Part shown: one piece after another, positions 51,137 through 63,776 of the stretch
Numbering within the stretch: the first letter of the stretch is position 1
Layout of the letters: every line of letters begins with the position of its first letter
Assembly (NCBI RefSeq): GCF_036365525.1
Contig: NC_090377.1
Span: forward strand, 90,325,126-90,389,125
Source: Heterodontus francisci
Lineage: Eukaryota
DNA: 64,000 nt
Direction: 5' to 3'
Translations under genes and position numbers: made by a program
The notes under the pieces: generated by a model
Told to the model about the DNA's origin: nothing
Seen by the model: only the letters and a program-made list of their open reading frames with translations
Database searches by the model: none

Positions 51137-54100
51137 CATATATTTTGTGATGAAGGTCCTGAGGAACAGAATGAAGTAGCTCAAGGGTTGGATAGTAAGG
51201 TGAGCGATCATGACGCTCAAGAAAGAGCTATCACATCCAAAGGATGATTGCCCCGAGTAGGTACTTGGGTAACATATATTCCAGAGGGGTCTCATAAATG
51301 AAGGGATGCAACAATTGTGGGGCATGCAGAAAAATCTAATGCCAAGTTTAAATATTGGTTGAATTTTCAAGATGATGGCCCAGAAGCAAGGTCCATGGAC
51401 TGACAGAATGGGGTGAAAGAGTGGAGAGTAAGAAAGTGTAGTGCAAGTTCTAATGGTGGGTCTGGAATTGACTCTTGTGTCAGGGAACGATCCCGTACTG
51501 CAGAAACAGTCTCCAATGGTGCAAGAGGGAGATCTTATAGCAGTAGTCCCATAAGACATGAAAATACTAATAGAGGCCGTAGTTTAAGCAGATTCCACAA
51601 TGAAACAAAGGCTAGAGAACAGTCTCTAAATAGAACTAAAAGCATGACCATGAAGTTTTAATGACTGTCAATAAACTTGCGGATAAACTAATAAGAGAAG
51701 CAAATCATAAGGGGATAGAGTTGGTGTGAGTTTGGTGTTTATTCTGAGGTACCAGATAGGGGACAGCCATTTTTGTCACATAGATGGATTTGTATTGAAA
51801 ACGTTCTTCCCGATGGGACTTATAAGGCTAAAATAAGGCTAGTTGTGAGCAGTTTTGAAGAGCAACTGGGTGATACTGATGTTAGAGTGGACTCTCCACA
51901 GCTGGAAAAGTAATCTTGAAATTTTTTTTAGCTCTTTTGGCCACATATTCATGGGAGTGTAGATCTTTTGATATAAAAGCCATATTTCTGCAGGGTGATA
52001 CTTTTCAGAGAGAGAACATAAGAACATAAGAAATAGGAGCAGGAGTAGGCCATTCAGCCCCTCAAGCCTGCCCCACCATTCAATAAGAACATGGCTGATC
52101 TGTCCCAGTCCTCAACTTCTCTTTCGGGCCTGCTCTGCCTAACCCTCAACTCCCCGAGATTTCAAAATCTATCTACCTCCTCCTTAAATATATTTAGTGA
52201 CCTAGCCTCCACAACTCTCTGAGGCAGAGAATTCCAGAGATTCACCACCCTCTGAGAGGAGAAATTCCTTCGCATCTCAGTTTTAAATGTGTGTCCCCTT
52301 ATTCTGTAATTATGTCACCTAGTTCGAGATTCCTCCACTAGTGGAAACATCTTCTCAACGTCTACACTGTCCAGCCCGCTTAAAATCTTATGTTTCTATA
52401 AGATCACCTCTCATTCTTCTAAACTCCAATGAATAAAGACCTAACCTGTTTAGCCGCTCTTGATAAGACAACCCTTCATCCCAGGAATCAGCCTAGTGAA
52501 CCTTTTCTGAACTGCCTCCAATGCTAGTGTATCCTTCTTTAAATACGGGGACCAAAACTGTATGCAGTACTCCAGGTGTGGCCTCACCAACACCCTGTAC
52601 AGTTATAACAGGACTTCCCTATTTTTAATCCCCTAGCAATAAAGGCCAAAATTCCATTTGCCTTCCAAATTACTGGCTGCATCTGCATGCTAACCTTTTG
52701 TGTTTCATGCACAAGAACACCCAGATCCCTCTGTACTGCAGTATTTTGTAGTCTTTCTCCATCTAAATAATAATCTGCCTTTTTATTCTTCCTACCAAAG
52801 TGTATTACCTCATACTTTCCTACCTTGAACACCATCTGCCAAATTTTTGCCCACTCACTTAACCTATCTATATCCCTTTGCAGGATTCTTTGTGTCCTCA
52901 TCACAACATGCCTTCCCACCTATTTTTGTATCGGCAGCAAATTTGGATACATTACACTCTGTCCCTTCCCTAAGTCATTAATGTAGATAGTAAATAGCTG
53001 AGGCCCTATGACCGATCCTTGTGGCACCCCAATAGTTATGGCTTTCCAACCTGAAAAAGACCCATTGATCCCAACTCTCTGCCTTCTGTGTGTTAGCCAA
53101 TCCTCAATCCATGCCAACACATTACCTCCAATACCCTGAGCTATTTTGTGCAATAAACTTTTATGTGGTACCTTATCAATTGCCTTCTGAAAATCCAAAT
53201 ACACAACATCTACTGGTTCTCCTTTATCCATTCTGCTTGCTATATCCTCAAAGAGTAATATATTTGTCAAACATGATTTCCCTTTCATAAAACCATGTTA
53301 ACTCTGTTTGATTGCATTATGTTTTTCTAAACGTTGAACTATTTCTTCCCGAATAATGACTCAAGCATTTTCCCAATGACTGATGTGAAGCTAACCGGTC
53401 TATAGTTTCCTGCTTTCTGTCTCCCTCCTTTCTTGAATAGGCTTGTCACATTATCGGTTTTCCAATCCGCTGGTACCCTACCGGAATCCAGTGAGTTTTG
53501 GTATACGATGACCAATGCCTCCACTATCTCTGCAGCCACTTCTTTTAAAACCCTTGGGTGCAGGCCATCAGGTCCTGGTGACTTGTCTGCCTTTAGTCCC
53601 ATCAGTTTGTCCAGCACCTTTTCCCTCGTGATAGAAATTGTTACAAGTTCCTCCCTCCCATTTACACCTTGTTTATCTATTATTGTTGGCATGTTTATAG
53701 TGTCCTCCACCGTGAAGACTGATGCAAAATATTGGTTTAAATTATCTGCCAATTCCCTGTTCTTTGTTATTAATTCCCCATTCTCATCCTCTAAGGGCCC
53801 CACACTTACTTTAGCTACTCTCTTCCTTTTAATATACCCATAGAAGCTCTCACTGTTTGTTTTTATATTTCTTGCCAATTTACTCTCATAATCAATTTTT
53901 TCCCTCTTTATTAGTTTTTTAGTCATCTGCTGCTGGTTTCTAAAAACTTCCCAATCCTCTGGCCTACCACTTGTGTTCACCGCATTGTACGCCTTTGCTT
54001 TTGATTTGATGCTCTCCTTAATTTCCTTTCTTTTCCACGGGTGGTTCATCGTTCTCTTCAAGTCCTTCCTTCTGACTGGAATAAATGTTGCTGAGTGTTA

Positions 54101-55259
54101 TGAAATATCTGCTTAAAAGTCTGCCACTGCTCATCTACTGACTTCCCCTGTAGTCTATCTTCCCAGCCTGCTTTAGACAACTCTTTCTTCACACCTCTGT
54201 AATTGCCCTTGTTTAAGTTGAAGTCACTGGTCTGAGACCCATGTTGCTCACCCTCCAACTGAATTTGAAATTCTACCATGTTATGATCGTTTCCCCCTAA
54301 AGGATTCTTAACTATGAGATCTCTTATTAATCCTACCTCATTACACAATACCAAATCTAAAATAGCCCGTTCCCTGGTAGGCTCTGCAACATACTGCTCT
54401 GAGTAACAATCCCTGAGGCAGTCTACAAATTCGTCTTCCATGCTACCCTTGCCAATTTGATTTGTCCAGTCTATATGCAGATTAAAATCACCCATGATAA
54501 TTGCAGTGCCCTTCTTACACACCTGCATTATTTCCTGATTACTATCTTGTCCTACAGAGAGGCTACTCTTCAGGGGCCTATAGACCACCCCCACCCGTGA
54601 TTTCTATCCCTTGCTATTCCTTAATTCCACCCAAACTGATTCTACATCACGATCTATTACACCTATACCATTAATCACAACTGCACTGATCCCTTCCTTT
54701 AATAGCAAAGCTACCCCACCTCCTTTTCCTTTCTGCCTATTCTTCCAGAACGTTGAAAATCCTTGAACATTTAGATTCCAGTCCTGGTCATCCTGCAACC
54801 ATGTCTCTGTGATAGCTATCAAATCATATTCATTTATTTCTATCTGTGCCATCAGCTCATCTATCTTGTTACAAATGCTACGTGCATTCAGATAAAGAGC
54901 CTTAAGCTTTGACTTTTTACATTTTGACCTACTCCGGTTCTAATTTCTGCTGTACTCTTATGCTTGTATTCTCTGTCCCTTCCTGTCACTCTCTGATTAA
55001 TGTATGTTCCTTCACTATCCTGCACCTCTGCTCTCTCGTTGCTTTGCGACTTTTTAAACTTCCTTTCAATTGAACCCTCCCCCCACTATTTAGTTTAAAG
55101 CCTTATCTACAACCCAATTATACAATTCGCCAGGACACTGGTCCCAGCATGGTTCAAGTGAAGCCCATACCAACGGAACAGCTCTCTCTTTCCCAGTACT
55201 GGTGCCAGTGTCCCATGAATCTGAACCCATTTCTCCCACACCAATTTTGAGCCACACAT

Positions 55260-56045
55260 TTACCTCTCTAATCTTACTTTTACCGTATGCCAATTTGCAC
55301 ATGGCTCAGATAGTAATCTGGAGATTATTACCTTTGTGGTTCTGCATTTTAATTTGGCCCCAAGCTGCTCATAGTCCCTCAGCAGAACCTCTTTCCTAGT
55401 CCTACCTATGTCGTTGATACCCACGTGGACCACGACAACTGGATCTTTCCCCTCCCACTCCAAGTTCCTCTCCAGCCCAGAAGAGATGTCCTTAACCTTG
55501 GCACCAGGTAGGCAACACAGCCTTCCGGATTCTCTATCTTTGCTGCAGAGAACAGTATCTATTGCCCTGACTATGCTATCCCCTACTCCAACTACATTTC
55601 TCTTTTCTGCCCCCACTTGAATGGCATTCTGAACCACGGTGCTGTGGTCACTTTGCTCATCCTCCCTGCAGCCTGTGCCCTCGTCCACACCAGAAGCAAG
55701 AATCTTGTACCTATTGGATAAGGGCACTGGCTGAGGCTCCTCCAAAACTAAATTCTGGATCCCCATACCAGCCTCACTCGCAGTCACACTCTCCTGTCCC
55801 TGACCACGGTCCAGATTGGATGTAATTAATCTAAGGGGTGTGACTGTCTCCTGAAACACGGTGTCCAGGTAACTCTCCCCCTCCCTGATGTGTCGCAGTG
55901 TCCGCAGCTCAGACTCCAGCTCATCAACACTGAGCCGAAGTTCCTCGAGCAGCCAACACTTGCTGCAGATGTGGTCACCGTGAATCACAGCGGTGTCCAC
56001 CAGCTCCCACATGCTACAGCTGTAACACATCGCCTGCCCAGCCAT
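55260..56045 (-). pseudogene. CR1 ORF1: zinc-finger / coiled-coil / SGNH esterase, frameshifted near the C-terminus
   Basis: CxxC..H.CxxC, heptads, VGDSIVR, CLPGAKV, VHVGINDI. Confidence 0.88.
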
Positions 56046-56295
56046 CTCTATTCTATTTAATTATTTAATTTGGATCACAGTATTTAAGAAAAAAAACTAT
56101 TTAAGTGTACTCTTAACCTGTAATGACGTCGCCTGATTTAAATTACTTGGCCAAAACCAAAAAAAACCCCAAGAAAAACCAACATGAGACACGGAAGAAG
56201 GAAAGAAATACCCACTAATCACTTACCAGCCCTCCTGTGACATCACACTTTGATTTTTGTTGGTCAAGTAGGTCCACTGAACAGAACAAAGCGCT

Positions 56296-56460
56296 CTCAC
56301 CACCGCCTCCGCTGCTGCTTCTGGTCTCGGGCCTTGGCTCTCCGCTCCTTTTATACCCCGGCTCCTCTTACTGCCGCCGCCGCTGCTTCTGGTCTCGGGC
56401 CTTGGCTCGCCGCTCCTTTAATACCCCGGCTCCTCTCACCGCCACCGCCGCTGCTTCTGG
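56296..56460. repeat. ~63-bp GC-rich tandem repeat (~2.5 copies) at the CR1 5' end
   Basis: CTGCTTCTGGTCTCGGGCCTTGGCTC..ATACCCCGGCTCCTCT repeated. Confidence 0.88.
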
Positions 56461-57188
56461 TGGTTGAGGTGTTTCTGAAATCACCTAAAGAGGCAGCAGA
56501 TGCAGAATGTAAACTGTGGAAACTGAATAAATGTGTCTATGGCCTTAATGATGCTTCCAGGCTATGGTATTTCTCGGTGAGATTTGTTTTGTTGAAAATT
56601 GTTGTGTTTAATGAAGAGCAGATCTTTCCATGTTTTATGGATATCATAAGGAGAAACCTTCAGGTATCGTCATAATGCATGTTTATGATTTCTTATGGGG
56701 CTGTACAGTGGATGTTGAGAAATATGTTGCTAATAAGATTAGGGCAAAATTTAAGATTGGAGTCAGGCTTGTAGGGCATTTAAATATATTGGTTTAGATA
56801 TCAAGCAGACTAAGTCTGGAATAACTTTAAATCAACAATCCTATTTAGAGAGTGGTACTCACATGCTTGGTCATGGCAGAAAGATGATATATCTGAAGAA
56901 GAGGCAGAGCAACTGCGAAGCTTGAGTTGTCAATTAAATTGGTTGTGCTCTCAGACTAAACATGTTGCTAGTTTTGTTGTATTGGAGCTGAGTACGATGA
57001 TGAAATAAATACCTGAAAGTAGGGAATGTTTTAAGGGCAAATAAAACATTAAAAAAAATCAAATCTGGAGAAATGTGTACTGAAGTTCCCATTCTTAGGT
57101 GACCCAAAGAATATGAAGCTAGTCAATTTTGGAGATGCTTTACAGACTAATCTTCCTGATGGGTATTTGAGTGCTGCTGGTTTCATAA

Positions 57189-57876
57189 TGACCGGAATTT
57201 TACGTTGGGTGAAAAGTTGGGGGCGAGTCCCCCTCCACCGGGCCTGGGGAGGCAAGCTGGGATTTTTCGCTCCCCAGGCTCTTAATTGGTCTTGGGCGGG
57301 ACTTCCACCTCCTTCAGGCAGGAAGTCTTGCCTAATGGAGCTGCCGGCCAATCAGCAGCTCTTATTCCTAGCAGCTCCACTGGGAGTGGTGACCACTGCT
57401 GGGACTACACCCAGCCATCAGAGGCAAGAGGAAGGATGGCCCTGGAACTCAGGTAGGTTTTTAGGGCCTTTCTCAGGACAATTAGCTGGGCCCCGGTGAG
57501 GCAAGGGGGTTCGGTTAGGGGGTGGTGTTGTGCGTTGGGACGCAGTTGGGACTTCGGGGCAGCCTTCTGTGGGGCACAAAGTGGCCGTTCAGGAGGTGCC
57601 CCGCCACCCCCCCCCCCCCAGCCCACAAGAAGGCTGCCAAGGGTAAAATACCTGTCGCGGTGGGAGGAGGCCCTTAAGTGGCAGTTTGATTGGCCACTTC
57701 AGAGCCTTGATTGGTCTGGGGTGGGCAGGAAATTTCACGCCTCCGCCACCCCACACAAAATTGCAGCGGGGGTGGGACAGGTTCAGGAATGTCCCCCCTA
57801 CCTCCCACTCAATATTCTGCCCCTCCCCCCACCCCCACCACCAGCCCACTTGTTGAGGGGCCATAAATTCTGGTCC
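57189..57876. mobile_element. PIF/Harbinger-type MITE in the Copia RNase H
   Basis: GACCGGAATTT / AAATTCTGGTC termini; internal similarity to 48736-49425. Confidence 0.72.
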
Positions 57877-58954
57877 ATATCTCCGATAGGTGAAAATGGG
57901 ACATGTTGCCGTTTAGCTTGGGAAGCAAAGAAAATAAAAAGGATCTTTAAAAGTACTCTAGCTGCAGAAACACTGGGGCTTGTGGAGGCAGTGGTTATGG
58001 GGTTCTATTTGTCAAATATTTTAGGTGAAATTCTGAACAAAGAACAAATTGAAGATAGGATATCCATTGAATGTTATGTGGATATCGTTCTTTATGGGAC
58101 AATGTACACTATACAAAAAGTGTAAGTTCGAAAAGACTACATATTGACCTCATTGGACTGAAACAAATTCTGGAGAGAAAGGATATCTCCAAACTTAAAT
58201 GGGTAGATGCAAGTCTCAGCTTTCTAATTGCTTCGCAAAAAGAGATGCTAGTACAAAGAAATTGTCAAGGGTGCTGGAGGAGGGGCGTCTCGCAATGTTA
58301 ATACTTTGTACATAATATGGAATTTTTTTGAAATGTTGTTTGGGTATGGTAATCTAAGTTTTATTATAAAAGAAAGAAGGGAATCTGTTAATTGTGTATC
58401 AATTGTTTAATTATATGCAGGTGGGGGTGTTAAAATTGGGGTCTTACTTGAGCACTTATAAGGAGACACACTGAGACTTTTGAGTTTTGAGTGAGGAGCT
58501 ACTTGTTTGTAATCCTTTTACTCTATAAAATAAATGTAAAACTAAGTAAAGATAGGCTCTAGTATTATTCTTCCACAACAGGCTTTCCGGAATTTAACAT
58601 TGGAGATGGTATTTATGTGGCACAAATGTTACTTGCCACTTATCAGCTCAAGCCTGAATGTTGTCCATGTCTTGCTGCATTGGGACATGGACTGCTTCAG
58701 TATCTGAGGAGTTATGAATGGTGCTGAACACAGTGAAATTAAAGAACCATAGAAAAATTATGGCACAGAAGGAGGCCATTCAGCCCATCATATCTGCGCC
58801 GGCCGAAAAATCTAGCCGCCCAATCTATTCCCACCTTCCAGCAATCAGTCTGTAGCCTTGCAGGTTACAGCACTTCAGGTGCATGTCCTGACCTTATTTT
58901 GGAGAGAAGGTCATTGATAAAGCAGCTGCAGATGTTTAGGCTTGGGACAGTACG

Positions 58955-59522
58955 CCAAGTGCTAAAGTCAAGCATTTGGAGCAAATGGGAATTTGGTGCA
59001 GCAGGGGAAGGAGGCGCTGCTTTCTTTTGTTTTTGTTTTAGCTCCAGTAGCTGGTGAGTGTTCTTCTTTTGTCTCCAGGCTAGGAGACTGTAATTTGCTA
59101 TTACTTTACTAATCTAATAACTACTTAACCAATCAAATAAATAAATAAGGTTAGACAGACATAGCAGGGCAGGTGGTATGCCGGAACTGCAACATGTAGG
59201 AGTTTGTGGAAAGCATTACGATTCTGAACAACCATATCTGTGGTAAGTGCATCAGCTTGAGCAACTTCGACTCAGATATGTTGAGCTGGAGTCAGAGCTG
59301 CAGACATTGTGGAGCACTAGGGAGTGGGAGAGTTACCTGGAAACTTTGTTGCAGGAGGCAGTCACACCCCTTGGGTTAAGTAGAACTTTAGAGTTGGCCA
59401 ATGGTCAGGAACAGGAGGGTGTGACTGTGAGTCAGACAGGTATGGGGAATCCAGCATGCAGCGATGGAGGAGTCTTGGCCCTTGACTTTGTCCAATAGGT
59501 ATGAGGTACTTGCTATCTGTGT
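58955..59522 (+). mobile_element. 5' fragment of a CR1 (UTR and ORF1 N-terminus)
   Basis: LEQLRLRYVELESELQTLW..ESYLETLLQEAVTPL, homologous to ORF1 at 55260..56045. Confidence 0.8.
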
Positions 59523-60518
59523 GTTTTTCACTTTGTTTTTATTCAATCATGGGATGTGGGCACCACTGGCTCAGCTATCATTTATTGCCCATCCCTAATT
59601 GCCCTTGAAAAGGTGGTGGTGAGCTGTCTTGTTGAACTGCTGCAGTCCTTTAGGTGTAGGTACACCCACAGTGAGTTCCAGGATTTTGAGCCAGTGACAG
59701 TGAAGGAATGGTGATATAGTTCCAGGTCAGGATGGTGTGTGGCCTGGAGGGGAACTTGCAGGTGGTGGTGTTCCCATGCATTGCCCTTGTCCTTCTAGGT
59801 GGTAGAGGTTGCAGGTTTAGAAGATGCTGTCAAAGGAGTCTTGGTGAGTTGCTGCAGTGCATCTTGTAGATGGCACACGCAGACGCCACTGTGCATCAGT
59901 TGTGGAGGGAGTGAATGTTGAAGATGGTGGATGGGGTGCCAGTCAAGTGGGCTGCTTGGAGTTGCACCCATACAGGCAAGTGGAGAGTATTCCATCACAC
60001 TCCTGACTTGTGCCTTGTAGATGGTGGACAGACATTGGGGAGTCAGGAGGTGAGTTACTCGCCACAGAATTCCCAGCCTCTTACCTGCTCTTGTGGTCAT
60101 AGTATTTATGTGGCTGGTCCTGTTCAGTTTCTGGTCAATGGTAACCCCTAGGATGTTGATGATGGGGGATTCAGTGATGGTAATGCCATTGAACATCAAG
60201 GGGAGATGGTTAGATTCTCTCTTGTTTGAGATGGTCATTGCCTGGCACTTGTGTGGCACGAATGTTACTTGCCACTTATCAGCCAAAGCCTGAATGTTGT
60301 CCAGGTCTTGCTGGGACGCTTCAGTATTTGAGGAGTTGCAAATGGTGCTGAACATTATGTAATCATCAGCAAACATCCTCACTTCTGACCTTATGATGGA
60401 GGGACGGTCATTGATGAAGCAGCTGAAGATGGTTGGGCCTGGGACATTACCCTGAGGAACTCCTGCAGTGATGTCCTGGGACTGAGATGATTGATCTCCA
60501 AAAACCACAGCCATCTTC

Positions 60519-63061
60519 TTCGTTGAGCTCTTCTTCCATCGCCTCTGTCTCCGGGCACATTTCTTTGACCAGGAGTCCTCCCCACGATCAGCAGATCCAT
60601 TCACCCACCTCCAGCATTCTCCCTGTACCTGGACCCCTCCTTCTGGCCTCTTACCCGCTCTTGAGCTTTTCATTGAAAACTGTCGGTGAGACATTGGTCA
60701 TCTCAATTTCTCTGCCCCCCTCACTCACTCTAACCTCTCCCCCTCTGAACTTGCCGCACTCCTTACTCTCAGGTCTAACCCCGACATCGTCATCAAACCT
60801 GCAGACAAGGGTGGTGCTGTTGTTGTATGGTGTACCGACCTCTACCTTGTAGAGGCTCAGCGCCAACTCTCAGACACTTCTTCCTATTTCCCCTGGACCA
60901 TGATCCCACCACCGAACATCAAGTGACTGTCCACAGGAGTGTCACTGACCTCATCTCCTCTGGAGATCTTCCCTCTACAGCTTCCAGCCTCAAAGTCCCG
61001 CAACCCCGGACTGCCCACTTCTATCTCCTTTCCAAAATCCACAAACAGGACTATCCTGGCAGGCCCATTGTTTTAGCTTGTTTCTGCCCCACCGAACTTA
61101 TTTCTTCCTATCTTGACTCTATCTTTTCTCCGCTGGTCCAGTCTCTTCCCACCTACATCCGTGACTCTTCTGACGCCCTACTTAATTTTGACAATTCCCA
61201 GTTTCCTGGCCCCAACCGCCTCCTCTTCACTCTGGACGTCCAATCTCTCTACACCTCCATCCCCCACCAGGACGGTTTGAGGGCTCTCCGCTTTTTCCTT
61301 GAACAGAGGCCCAACCAGTCCCCGTCCACCGCCACCCTCCTCCGCCTGGCTGAACTTGTTTTCACATTGAACAACTTCTCATTCAACTCCATTCACTTCC
61401 TTCAAGTAAAAGGTGTTGCTATGGGTACCTGCTTGGGCCCTAGTTATGCCTGTCATTTTGTGGGATATGTGGAACATTCCTTGTTCGAGTCCTACTCAGG
61501 TCCCTTCCCCCAACTCTTTTTCTGGTATATTGATGACTTTATCGGTGCCGTTTCCTGCTCCCGCCCCGAACTGGAAAACTTTATCAACTTTGCTTCTAAT
61601 TTCCACCTTCTCTCACCTTCTCTCATAGTCCATCTCCGACACTTCCCTCCCCTTCCTCGACTTCTCTGTCTCCATCTCTGGGGATAGGCTGTCTACTAAT
61701 ATTCATTACAAGCCCACCGACTCCCACAGCTACCTCGACTACACTTCTTCACAGCCTGCCTCCTGTAAGAACTCCATTCCATTCTCCCAGTTTCTCCGTC
61801 TCCAACGCAACTGCTCTGATGATGCTACCTTCCATGACAGCGCTTCTGATATGTCTTCCTTTTTCGACAACCGAGGATTCCCCCCCACTGTGGTTGACAG
61901 GGCCCTCAACCATGTCCGGCCCATTTCCCGCACCTCTACCCTCACCTCATCCCCTCCCTCCCAGAACCGCGACAGGGTTCCCCTTGTACTCACTTTCCAC
62001 CCCATCAGCCTCCATATCCAAAGGATCATCCTCCGCCATTTCTGCCACCTCCAGGGTGATGCCACTACCAAAGGCATCTTCCCCTCCCTTCCCCTGTCAG
62101 TATTCCGAAGGGATTGTTCCCTCCGTGACACCCTGGTCCACTCCTCCATTACCCCCACCACCTCGTCCTGTTCCCACAGCACCTTCCCCTGCAATCGCAG
62201 GAGGTGTAATACCTGCCCATTTACCTCCTCTCTCTTCATTATCCAAGGCCCCAAACACTCCTTACAGGTGAAGCAGCAATTTACTTGTACTTCTTTCAAT
62301 GTAGTATACTGTATTCGCTGCTCACAATGTGGTCTCCTCTACATTGGGGAGACTAAACGCAGACTGGGTGACCGCTTTATGGAACATCTCCACTCAGTCT
62401 GAAAGCATGACCCCGAGCTTCCGGTTGCTGGCCATTTCAACACTCGCACCACCCCCCCCCCCCCCAACCCCCACCCTCGCCCCCGGCTCTCATGCTCACA
62501 TCTCTGTCCTGGGATTGCTGCAGTATTCCAGTGAACATCAACGCAAGCTCGAGGAACAGCATCTCATTTACCGATTAGGCACACTACAGCCTGCCAGACT
62601 GAACATTGAGCTCAATAATTTCAGAGCATGATGGGCCCCCCATTTTACTTTTATTTTTAGTTATTTTTTATTTTTTATTTTTTGTGTTTATTTTATTTTA
62701 GTTTGTTCAGTTTGTTTCTACTGTGCCTACCCACTGTTTTTTTCATGTTTGTGCTTGTGGCTGTTCAGTTTTTAGTCGATTAACACCCTATCTGTACTAA
62801 TGCTTTGTCTTTCAGCACACCATTAACATATTGTTTGCCTTTGCTCCATGACCTTCTGGTCAGCTATTCTGTGACCTTGTCCTAGCAACACCTCTTTTGT
62901 TATCTCTTGCCACCCCGCGCTTTACTTGTTTAAAATCTTTTACATTTCTTATATCTGCCAGTTCTGAAGAGGGGTCACTGACCTGAAACGTTAACTCTGC
63001 TTCTCTGTCCACAGATGCTGCCAGACCTGCTGAGTATTTCCAGCGTTTCTTGTTTTTATTT
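60519..63061 (+). mobile_element. Penelope-like element (RT + GIY-YIG endonuclease), 5'-truncated and frameshifted
   Basis: KPADKGGAVV, DVQSLYTSIPH, GVAMGT, YIDD, NVVYCIRC..LYIGET motifs; 7-bp TSD CATCTTC. Confidence 0.93.
62959..62999 (+). ncRNA. Minimal hammerhead ribozyme motif in the Penelope 3' end
   Basis: agtt-CTGAAGA-GGGGTCA-CTGACCT-GAAACGTT-aact. Confidence 0.75.
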
Positions 63062-63743
63062 CATCTTCCTTTGTGTTAGGTATGACTCCAACCAGTGGAA
63101 GGTTTTCCCCCTGATTCCCATTGACTGCAGATTTGCTAGGCTCCTTGATGCCATACTCATTCAAATGCAGCCTTGATGTCAAGGGCAGTCACTCACACCT
63201 CATCTATTGAGTTCCACTCCTTTGTCCATGTTTGGACAAAGACTGTAATGAGGACAGGAACTGAGTGACCCTGGCGGAACCCAAACTGAGTGGCACTGAG
63301 CAGGTTATTGCTGAGCAAGTGCTGCTTAATAGCACTGTCGATAACTCCTTCCATCACTTTGCTGATAGACTGTAGACTGATAGGGCAGTAATTGGCTGGG
63401 TTAGATCTTTTCTGCTTTTTGTGTACAGGACATACTTCGGCAATTTTCCGCATTACCAGGTAGATGCCAGTGTTGTAGTTGTACTTGGACAGCTTGACTT
63501 GGGGTGCGGATAGTTCTGGAGCACAAGTCTTCAGTACAATTGCCACAATGTTGTCAGGGCCCAGAACCTCTGCAGTATCCAGTGCCTTCAGTGGATGAAA
63601 ACAAGGACTGCAGGGTGGATGAGCAATAGCACCCTGGTGCAGGATGCCATTCAAGTAAAGGAGTGAAAAGGAATATGGTAATGATAGTGGACAGTTAGTC
63701 GTTTGGTAGTACAGAACTTTGTATTGCTGAAAACTGAAACATT

Positions 63744-63776
63744 TGTCGAAGCTTTTCATCTTGCACTCGTCAGAAG
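63744..63776 (-). ncRNA. Possible second-type hammerhead motif in a different (probably Penelope-like) repeat
   Basis: Minus strand CTGACGA-GTGCAAGAT-GAAA-AGCTTCGAC. Confidence 0.5.

Larger units (their letters stand above)
52016..56464 (-). mobile_element. Near-full-length CR1 LINE inserted in the Copia RT
   Basis: (TTATGTTC)n tail; fragmented ORF2 with APE (AITETWL, MGDFN) and RT (YRPVSFTS, GVPQGS); ORF1 upstream; the Copia frame TFQRE|VFLK resumes across it. Confidence 0.93.
46373..58599 (+). mobile_element. Ty1/Copia (GalEa-like) LTR retrotransposon, decayed, with nested insertions
   Basis: ~215-bp LTRs (46373-46587, 58386-58599), exact 5-bp TSD TTGGA, PBS TGGTAGCAGAGGA (tRNA-iMet), PPT; order PR (47241..47615), IN (KLHRQFAHPS), RT (LWKLNKCVYGLNDASR, HVYD), RNase H (KSTLAAET). 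Confidence 0.92.
59525..63590 (-). mobile_element. Copy of the tRNA-headed LINE family split by Penelope (59525-60518 and 63062-~63590)
   Basis: GVPQG, FADD and KAQVRSVMEYSPLA motifs; the frame continues at LKTCAPEL, FGFRQGHS. Confidence 0.85.

Noticed and set aside
57496-58125. 209-aa Pro-rich ORF
   Set aside because: GC-rich MITE running into the Copia RNase H
59795-60694. 299-aa ORF as an intact gene
   Set aside because: Chimera of antisense Penelope and a LINE RT fragment across the insertion junction
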